This document shows, one piece after another, positions 57,417 through 64,000 of a stretch of 64,000 nucleotides of DNA. Every line of letters starts with the position of its first letter. Within the stretch, counting starts at the first letter, position 1. The position numbers and the translations under genes are program-made. Below the pieces are notes generated by a model, which ran no database searches, was not told the origin of the DNA, and saw nothing but the letters and a program-made list of their open reading frames with translations. Location: contig JBMORA010000063.1 of the NCBI GenBank assembly GCA_049320885.1, positions 128,001 through 192,000 of the forward strand. The letters run 5' to 3'. The stretch is from Thermodesulfobacteriota bacterium (GTDB lineage: Bacteria; Desulfobacterota; Desulfobacteria; Desulfobacterales; SURF-7).

Positions 57417-59141
57417 ATGACAACACAAACGCCAGCCATCCAGGGAACGGACTTTGTCCGCACCATCATCCGTGAGGATCTGCAGCAGAATAAAAACAAC
57501 GGCCGCGTGGCCACCCGGTTTCCTCCGGAACCCAACGGGTATCTGCATATCGGGCACGCCAAATCGATCTGCCTGAACTTCGGCGTCGCCGCGGAATTCA
57601 ACGGCACCTGCAATTTGCGTTTCGACGACACCAATCCGAGCAAGGAAGAGGTGGAATATGTCGAGTCCATCCAGGAAGATGTCCACTGGCTTGGGTTCGA
57701 TTGGGGAGATCGTCTCTATTATGCCTCCGATTATTTCGAGCGGTTGTACGGATACGCCGTCCAGCTGATCCAAAAAGGCAAGGCCTATGTCTGCAGCCTG
57801 AGTCCGGAGGAAATCCGGGAATATCGCGGCACCCTGACCCGGCCCGGCAAGGACAGTCCCTTCCGGGAACGCGGCATCGAGGAGAATCTCGATCTGTTCC
57901 GGCGCATGCGGGCAGGCGAGTTTGCCGAAGGAACCCATGTGCTGAGGGCGAAAATCGACATGGCGTCTCCCAACCTGACCTTGCGCGACCCGGCCCTGTA
58001 TCGCATCAAGCATGTACATCATCATCGCACCGGGGACGCCTGGTGCATCTATCCCATGTATGATTTCGCCCACTGTCTCTCGGACAGCATCGAAGGGGTG
58101 ACGCATTCCATCTGCACCCTGGAGTTCGAGAACAACCGCCCTCTATACCATTGGATTCTCGATCAACTGGATGTTTCCTGCCACCCGCAGCAGATCGAGT
58201 TCGCACGGCTGAATCTCACCCACACCGTGCTGAGCAAGCGGAAACTGATTCAGCTGGTGGAAGAAGGAAGGGTATCGGGCTGGTCCGACCCGCGGATGCC
58301 GACCTTGTCCGGACTTCGCAGGCGCGGTTATCCGCCCCGGGCCATCCGAAATTTCTGTGAACGCATCGGCGTCGCCAAACGGGACAGCGTCGTGGACATG
58401 GGACTTCTGGAACACTGCGTCCGGGAGGACCTGAACCGCAGCGCCCCGCGGGTCATGGCGGTCCTGAAACCAGTGAAGGTCATCATCGAAAACTACCCCC
58501 AAGACCAGGTGGAATGGTTCGAATTTCCGAATCATCCGGAGGACCCCTCCCTGGGAACCCGATCCGTGCCTTTCAGCCGGGAGCTCTACATCGAGCAGGA
58601 AGATTTCATGGAAAATCCTCCCAAAAAGTTTTTCCGGCTGAGTCCCGGCCGGGAAGTACGGCTGCGGTACGCTTATTTCATCACCTGCCGGGAGGTGATC
58701 AAGGACGAGGCCGCCGGCGACATCATGGAGCTGCGCTGCACCTATGACCCCGACACCAAAGGCGGAGACCCTCCGGACGGCCGCAAGGTCAAGGCCACGC
58801 TCCACTGGGTATCGGCCGCCCACGCCGTGGAAGCCGAGGTCCGGCTCTATGAGCATCTGTTGAAAGCCGATGAAGCCGCGGAAGACGACGCGGCGGACGA
58901 TTCAACGGAGGAAAACGGCAGCCCGGATTTTCTGACGCGGCTTAATCCGAATTCCCTGGAAGTTCTGACCGGCTGCCGCGTGGAGCCCTTTCTCGCCGAT
59001 TCCAAGCCCGGAAGCCGCTTTCAGTTCGAGCGCCTGGGGTATTTCTGCGCCGATACGACGGATTTCTCCCCGGCGAAACCGGTATTCAACCGGACCGTCA
59101 CCCTGCGGGATGCCTGGGCCAAAATCCAGAAGAATGCATGA
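57417..59141 (+). CDS. glnS: Glutamine--tRNA ligase
   Basis: [34 protein letters not shown]. Confidence 0.97.
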   Translation: MTTQTPAIQGTDFVRTIIREDLQQNKNNGRVATRFPPEPNGYLHIGHAKSICLNFGVAAEFNGTCNLRFDDTNPSKEEVEYVESIQEDVHWLGFDWGDRLYYASDYFERLYGYAVQLIQKGKAYVCSLSPEEIREYRGTLTRPGKDSPFRERGIEENLDLFRRMRAGEFAEGTHVLRAKIDMASPNLTLRDPALYRIKHVHHHRTGDAWCIYPMYDFAHCLSDSIEGVTHSICTLEFENNRPLYHWILDQLDVSCHPQQIEFARLNLTHTVLSKRKLIQLVEEGRVSGWSDPRMPTLSGLRRRGYPPRAIRNFCERIGVAKRDSVVDMGLLEHCVREDLNRSAPRVMAVLKPVKVIIENYPQDQVEWFEFPNHPEDPSLGTRSVPFSRELYIEQEDFMENPPKKFFRLSPGREVRLRYAYFITCREVIKDEAAGDIMELRCTYDPDTKGGDPPDGRKVKATLHWVSAAHAVEAEVRLYEHLLKADEAAEDDAADDSTEENGSPDFLTRLNPNSLEVLTGCRVEPFLADSKPGSRFQFERLGYFCADTTDFSPAKPVFNRTVTLRDAWAKIQKNA

Positions 59142-59165
59142 TTCAAGGCCAGTAAAGGAGACAGG

Positions 59166-59576
59166 ATGTTCTTATCCCAGGATCGGCGACTCAACATCGG
59201 TTTGCTCTGCATGCGAATCGGGCCCGCTGCGGGCCTGCTCTATCATGCCGGCCCGCGGCTGCTTTCCGGGGCAATTTCCTGGGAACAGACGGGAAAAAGC
59301 CTGTATTTCCTCAAAACGGGATTGCCCCTGAAATGGATCGGCCTCGCCGTTTTGTTGATCGAGGCCGCAGGCGCGTTGAGCCTGATCAGCGGGTACGTAA
59401 TCCGCGTCCTGTGTTTCCTGCTGGCCGGGCTGTTCGCCCTCCACTGCTACACCTACTTCCTTGCCGGCAACAAAGCCCTTTTGCTCTATGCCCTGGGACT
59501 TTTTTCCGTTTTCCTCGGTTTGGTTTTCACCGGCCCCGGCGGCTATGCGCTGACGGTGAAATTGAAAAACTCATAA
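59166..59576 (+). CDS. DoxX-like membrane protein
   Basis: About 4 TM, R..., E..G, C-terminal GPGGYAL. Confidence 0.7.
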   Translation: MFLSQDRRLNIGLLCMRIGPAAGLLYHAGPRLLSGAISWEQTGKSLYFLKTGLPLKWIGLAVLLIEAAGALSLISGYVIRVLCFLLAGLFALHCYTYFLAGNKALLLYALGLFSVFLGLVFTGPGGYALTVKLKNS

Positions 59577-59586
59577 GGGGGATTCC

Positions 59587-60285
59587 ATGCGGATCCAACA
59601 ATTCCGTTACAGCACGGACAATTTCAGTTATCTGTTGCACGGCCGGAAATCGGCACTGGCCGTGGATCCGGGAGCGGTGGACGATATTCTGGCCTATCTG
59701 GACGGCAAGGATCTTACCCTCGAACACGTCGTCAATACCCACCTGCATCCCGATCATACCATCGGCAATCATGAAATCCTTCAGCGGACAAAGGCCCGGT
59801 TTATCGAAAACCGGGACCTTCATGGCATGGAAAGTATGGCGGTGGACGATGAACCCGTGCGGATATTCCATACCCCCGGTCATACGGAAGATTCCTTCAC
59901 CTTCCACAGTGGAACGACCCTGATCACCGGCGATACGCTGTTTAACGGCACGGTGGGCAACTGCTTCTCCGGCGACCTGGAATCCTTTTACCGCTCCATC
60001 AAAATCCTGACCGGCTTCGGCGGCGGGACGACGATATACGCCGGCCACGATTATGTCGAATACAGCATGGCTTTTGCGCGCAGCCTCGAGCCGGACAACC
60101 GGGACATCGATGAGTTCCTGAAACGGTATGATCCGCGCCATGTGCGCTCCACGTTGGCGGATGAGCTGAAGATCAATCCCTACCTGCGATTCAATGATCC
60201 GACGATGATCGCCCTGCTGGAAAACAAGGGGCTGCCCGTGGAAACCGAACTCAAGCGGTGGAAATCCCTGATGGAATGTTATTGA
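59587..60285 (+). CDS. gloB: Hydroxyacylglutathione hydrolase-like MBL-fold protein
   Basis: DNFSYL, THLHPDH, TPGHT, TGDTLF, GHDY, STLADE..INPYLR. Confidence 0.8.
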   Translation: MRIQQFRYSTDNFSYLLHGRKSALAVDPGAVDDILAYLDGKDLTLEHVVNTHLHPDHTIGNHEILQRTKARFIENRDLHGMESMAVDDEPVRIFHTPGHTEDSFTFHSGTTLITGDTLFNGTVGNCFSGDLESFYRSIKILTGFGGGTTIYAGHDYVEYSMAFARSLEPDNRDIDEFLKRYDPRHVRSTLADELKINPYLRFNDPTMIALLENKGLPVETELKRWKSLMECY

Positions 60286-60300
60286 ACGACTATCGGAGCA

Positions 60301-60747
60301 TTACAGGGTCACCCGGCAGCTGGTGCCGCAGTTCGGGCATTCTATCACCACCGGTCGTTCGTTCGAGAGGACTTCGATTGGATTCTTGCAGTGCGAGCAT
60401 TTGATGACGGTCCTGGCGCCTTCCGTCCTGGCCGCGGCCGCCGGTGCCATGGAGCCCCCCGTCTTTCCGATATATTCCATGACGGCCTGCCGCAGACACT
60501 CCCTTTCTTCATTACCCCCGCCCTTCTGGATCAGCCTGGCGTAATCGTCCGCGGGGATGACCAGGTTCACTTCCAGAATATGGGTATTTTCCAGAGCGCG
60601 GTTGAGCGTCTCCAAGGCCACTGCCAGATCGGCGATCTTCATGTCGCCGGCGGCCATCCGGTCCTGAATGATTTTCGACAGGGCCCCGGAAGTATACCAC
60701 TGCCCGTTGTACTCGATCGTACCATCATCCAGACGAATCTTGCTCAC
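60301..60747 (-). CDS. Hypothetical protein with C-terminal zinc ribbon
   Basis: CSHC...CPNC at the C-terminus; GTG start with AAGGGGG RBS. Confidence 0.65.
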   Translation of the reverse strand: MSKIRLDDGTIEYNGQWYTSGALSKIIQDRMAAGDMKIADLAVALETLNRALENTHILEVNLVIPADDYARLIQKGGGNEERECLRQAVMEYIGKTGGSMAPAAAARTEGARTVIKCSHCKNPIEVLSNERPVVIECPNCGTSCRVTL

Positions 60748-60801
60748 GCTGCCCCCTTGGTTTGTTGCCCGAAACAGGCGGTCGGTTTTGGTTGCGGTTG
60801 A

Positions 60802-61149
60802 TCATTCGGTCGTCAGCTCACTGACGTTTTGCATCAATGTTTTTATGGGAAAAGGTTTGGGAAGGATTTTGTTGAAATTATTGTCCTTGAAAAGCCAGGG
60901 AGTGCCGGACATGCCGATGATGGGCGTGGCCCCCCTTGCCGAACCCCGGATGTGGCTGGCAATCCGGTTGCCGTCGATTCCCGGCATGAGAATATCCGTT
61001 ATGACGAGGTCATAGGAATCGTTGTCGAATTTATGGAGCCCTTCGCTTCCGGTGTGCGCCACGTCCACTGTAAAACCAAACCGGGTCAGCACTTCCTTGA
61101 TCATCCTCAGCACCATGGCTTCGTCTTCGATAACCAGGATCTTTCCCAT
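60802..61149 (-). CDS. Single-domain response regulator
   Basis: ILVIEDE, ITDILMP, LPKPF. Confidence 0.88.
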   Translation of the reverse strand: MGKILVIEDEAMVLRMIKEVLTRFGFTVDVAHTGSEGLHKFDNDSYDLVITDILMPGIDGNRIASHIRGSARGATPIIGMSGTPWLFKDNNFNKILPKPFPIKTLMQNVSELTTE

Positions 61150-61268
61150 TTGCTTACCATTTCCTTACAACCGCTGCTGATGATTCCCGCTTTGTAACGC
61201 CGCAACTATCGCACACCGCCAAATCAGTGTCAACAACATATTGTGTATGGAAATAAAGCAATATACAA

Positions 61269-61910
61269 TTACCGTTGCAACAGCCGGGCTGCCTGTCGCT
61301 GCATGTTCTCAAACGCCGCTTCCGGCAATCCGGCCCCACGGACCACCCGCCTGGCCTGCTCGTCATCCACCAGATCGCCGGGGGAATGGGTATCCGTATT
61401 GATCACCATCCTGGCTCCGATTCTCTCCGCCAGACGCGCCACATGCCCGTTGGTCAACGAGTGGCCCTTCCTGGCGGTTATTTCCAGACAAATGCCCCTG
61501 TCCCTTGCCAGGGCGACCTCTTCCGGAGTGATCAGTCCGGGATGGGCGAGGATGTCGATATCCGCTTCCAGGGCCGCGCGGTTCGTTCCCGGCGCCACCG
61601 GCTCCACGATGGTCTCACCGTGCACGACAACCAGTTTGGCCCCGAGAGCGCGGGCCTGCCTGGCCACATCTCCAATCAGGGCCGGGGGTACATGGGTGAT
61701 TTCAATGCCGGGCACGATCCGGATCCCGAGGATCGGATTCAGTTCCTCCGCCACCGCAACAATCCGGGGAATGATGAAAGCGATGTTCGATGTATCACCG
61801 TGGTCCGTCAAACCGATCCCGGTTATTCCTTTGCTCTCCGCCCGCCGGATCAGCTCCGACGGAATCAGTTCCCCGTCGCTGAACAGGGTGTGCGTATGCA
61901 GATCGATCAT
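61269..61910 (-). CDS. PHP domain protein (histidinol phosphate phosphatase-like)
   Basis: DLHTHTLFSDG, TDH, LAHP, NTDTH. Confidence 0.85.
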   Translation of the reverse strand: MIDLHTHTLFSDGELIPSELIRRAESKGITGIGLTDHGDTSNIAFIIPRIVAVAEELNPILGIRIVPGIEITHVPPALIGDVARQARALGAKLVVVHGETIVEPVAPGTNRAALEADIDILAHPGLITPEEVALARDRGICLEITARKGHSLTNGHVARLAERIGARMVINTDTHSPGDLVDDEQARRVVRGAGLPEAAFENMQRQAARLLQR

Positions 61911-61913
61911 GGA

Positions 61914-62411
61914 TTACACCTTGTATTTTCCGAAATCGTCCGGATTCAGTTTCTCGAGATATTCGGCCCATTTCTTTCCCTCATCGGTATTGTCGAGGAC
62001 TTCGCCGGTCACATCGCCTGACTTGAATTTCTGCAACACCTTGTCATCCACGAAAATCGGCGCTTTAAACCGCAGGGCCATGGCGATGGCGTCGCTCGGC
62101 CGGGCATCCATGCAGAAATCCCTCTCCTGGGCCTTGAAATAAATTTTGGCGAAAAACGTGTTGTCGCGCAGATCGCAGACAGCGACTTTTTCCACGGCCA
62201 CCGCCATTTCCACGATGAAGTTCTTGAAAAGATCGTGGCTCATGGGACGGTCGAAATGAATCTCCTGCAGCACCGAGGCGATGGAAGTTGCTTCCAGAAG
62301 CCCGATCCAGATCGGGATGGAATCCTCCATATCAATGGTCTTGAGGATGATAATGGGTGTATTGGAAGCCTGATCCAGGGTCAGTCCGGCAATATTCACC
62401 TCATGCAGCAT
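61914..62411 (-). CDS. Bifunctional nuclease (DUF151) family protein
   Basis: IPIWIG..EA, RPMSHDL, DARPSDAIA.A. Confidence 0.88.
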   Translation of the reverse strand: MLHEVNIAGLTLDQASNTPIIILKTIDMEDSIPIWIGLLEATSIASVLQEIHFDRPMSHDLFKNFIVEMAVAVEKVAVCDLRDNTFFAKIYFKAQERDFCMDARPSDAIAMALRFKAPIFVDDKVLQKFKSGDVTGEVLDNTDEGKKWAEYLEKLNPDDFGKYKV

Positions 62412-63819
62412 GGGTCTTTTCTCCTTCTTTACGGGAATTCGAAGAGATAACCTTCACTGGTTTCCCCAGCAGCGAATGAGAATGCGCCTTTTCAATCCGT
62501 ACATCCACCATCGCGCCGATCAAATTCCCTGCACAGGACGATTCTTCCGCATAGAAATGCACGATTTTATTGGCAGAAGTCCTCCCGGTCCACTGGGTTC
62601 CCGGGACCGCCTCCGGCTTGACGGCGTTTGGCTCCTGCTGTTTACCGAATCCTTCAACGAGCACTGAAACCGTTTTGCCGATCAAGGCCTGGTTTTTCTT
62701 ACTCGTATAGGTTTCCTGGAGGTCCAGAAGCTCCAACAGTCTTTCGTGGCGTTCGCCTTCGGAAACCTTGTCGGGCAGATCGGCCGCCGGTGCATTCGGT
62801 CGATCCGAATAGGCGAAAGCGAAGAGGCCGTCGAATTCGATTTCCCGGACAAGATCCAGCGTGGCTTCAAAATCGGTTCTGGTCTCACCGGGGAAACCGA
62901 CGATCATATCGGCGGTAATGGCTATATCCGGGCATTTCCTGCGCAGTTTTTCCACTTTTTCGCAATAGCCTTCCCTGGTATAATGCCGGTTCATTCTGGC
63001 CAGAATCCGGTTGGATCCGGACTGAACCGGAAGATGCATATGGTGGCAGAGTTTGGATAAAGCGCCAAACGCTTCCACCAACCCATCCGACAGGTCCTTG
63101 GGGTGGGATGTCGTAAAGCGCAGGCGCCACAGGCCCTCCATGTCGTTGACCCGGGCCAGCAACTCCGGGAAAGAGCAAAGCCCTTGCTTTTTCCCATAGC
63201 TGTTGACATTCTGCCCCAACAACGTCACCTCCCGCATACCGGCGGCCACCCGGGACCGAATCTCGGCCACGATCTCTTCGGGCGGCCGGCTGATTTCCCT
63301 CCCCCGGACATACGGCACCACACAGTAGGTACAGAAATTATCGCATCCCCGCATGATGGTGACAAAGCCGGATACCGTTTCCCGGTCACTGCTCCTGCGG
63401 TCGTGGGAAACCGGCTGCCCATCCCCGGTCATGTCCAGATCCGCCAGTCGATTTCCAGTCCGCTCGATTTTCTGAATCAAATCCGGCAACCGTCCGATGG
63501 CGCGGGTCCCCAGGACAAAATCAACCACCGGGACCCGGCTGAAAATTCGCTTGCCTTCCTGTTGGGCGACGCATCCGGCCACCCCGATGATCAACTGCGG
63601 ATTTTTCCGTTTCATCCCCGCCAGTCGCCCCAGAAAACTGAACACTTTCTGTTCCGCCTTTTCCCGCACCGAACAGGTATTGACGAGAATGAGATCCGCC
63701 TGTTTGATATCGTCGGTTCTGTGGTAGCCGCATTTCCACAGCTCCTCCGCCATCAGATCGGAATCATAGACATTCATCTGGCATCCGATGGTCAATAGAT
63801 ACACGTATTTCCGCTGCAT
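62401..63819 (-). CDS. miaB: tRNA-2-methylthio-N6-dimethylallyladenosine synthase
   Basis: GCQMNVYDS, NTCSVREKAE, radical SAM CDNFCTYC, TSHP, C-terminal TRAM. Confidence 0.95.
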   Translation of the reverse strand: MQRKYVYLLTIGCQMNVYDSDLMAEELWKCGYHRTDDIKQADLILVNTCSVREKAEQKVFSFLGRLAGMKRKNPQLIIGVAGCVAQQEGKRIFSRVPVVDFVLGTRAIGRLPDLIQKIERTGNRLADLDMTGDGQPVSHDRRSSDRETVSGFVTIMRGCDNFCTYCVVPYVRGREISRPPEEIVAEIRSRVAAGMREVTLLGQNVNSYGKKQGLCSFPELLARVNDMEGLWRLRFTTSHPKDLSDGLVEAFGALSKLCHHMHLPVQSGSNRILARMNRHYTREGYCEKVEKLRRKCPDIAITADMIVGFPGETRTDFEATLDLVREIEFDGLFAFAYSDRPNAPAADLPDKVSEGERHERLLELLDLQETYTSKKNQALIGKTVSVLVEGFGKQQEPNAVKPEAVPGTQWTGRTSANKIVHFYAEESSCAGNLIGAMVDVRIEKAHSHSLLGKPVKVISSNSRKEGEKTHAA

Positions 63820-63916
63820 CAACCCGTTTTTCTTCCTTTATAAATCATGGCTGATCATCCGCCGCCTTTGAGGACGGTACCCCTTCCATTACCCATATCG
63901 GTCAGCATCAAATAAA

Positions 63917-64000
63917 TCAAGCCCCCCATATGGATTCTTTTTCCCCCGGGTCGGGTATTTCCTCCAGCAGGATTTGCCGCGCCATCTCGCTGACGATCTC
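63917..64000 (-). CDS. 3' end of an unidentified gene (partial)
   Basis: Open frame EIVSEMARQILLEEIPDPGEKESIWGA* from the window edge. Confidence 0.35.
   Translation of the reverse strand, partial: EIVSEMARQILLEEIPDPGEKESIWGA

Noticed and set aside
58865..58925. Acidic insertion in GlnS ([18 protein letters not shown])
   Set aside because: Low-complexity expansion in what is probably a variable loop; no intein or other signature
1..64000. Anti-phage defence systems, prophage, rRNA/tRNA, CRISPR
   Set aside because: No supporting genes or repeat arrays recognised; the cyclase is a membrane CHASE2 sensor type with no adjacent cNMP-binding effector, so not Pycsar/CBASS

Overview
GC-rich bacterial chromosomal window, most consistent with a sulfate-reducing Desulfobacterota (Desulfobacterales-like) organism. 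This is inferred from gene content: a Desulfovibrio-type nrfHA pair, sigma54 systems, Cache/HDOD/REC proteins and glnS. It holds about 50 CDSs. I saw no rRNA, tRNA or CRISPR array. Main blocks: (1) 1584-10317, a sensor kinase and sigma54 activator, a TauE/USP operon with a sigma54 promoter and two matching 17-bp palindromes, and a Lon protease that lacks its N-domain and has a receiver domain inserted just before Walker A; (2) nrfHA, MocR regulator with aminotransferase, Cache protein with MCP, and glgP coupled to a CHASE4 hybrid kinase; (3) 26992-34525, a five-gene envelope operon (CHASE2 adenylate cyclase, SH3 protein, M48 peptidase, FadL-like beta-barrel, ~890-aa orphan lipoprotein), the best candidate for an undescribed trans-envelope cAMP signalling system; (4) a duplicated ~200-bp promoter region with an ankyrin-gene scar, preceding a P-type ATPase and an ankyrin-ktrBA unit; (5) 51579-54927, a repeat-bounded, lower-GC insert carrying a DEAD-box helicase and an ABC-F ATPase with an IS91-family transposase remnant between them; (6) housekeeping genes including glnS, gloB-like and miaB. 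Several start coordinates are refined from the ORF track using RBS positions. All product calls come from motif recognition by eye, not from database searches.
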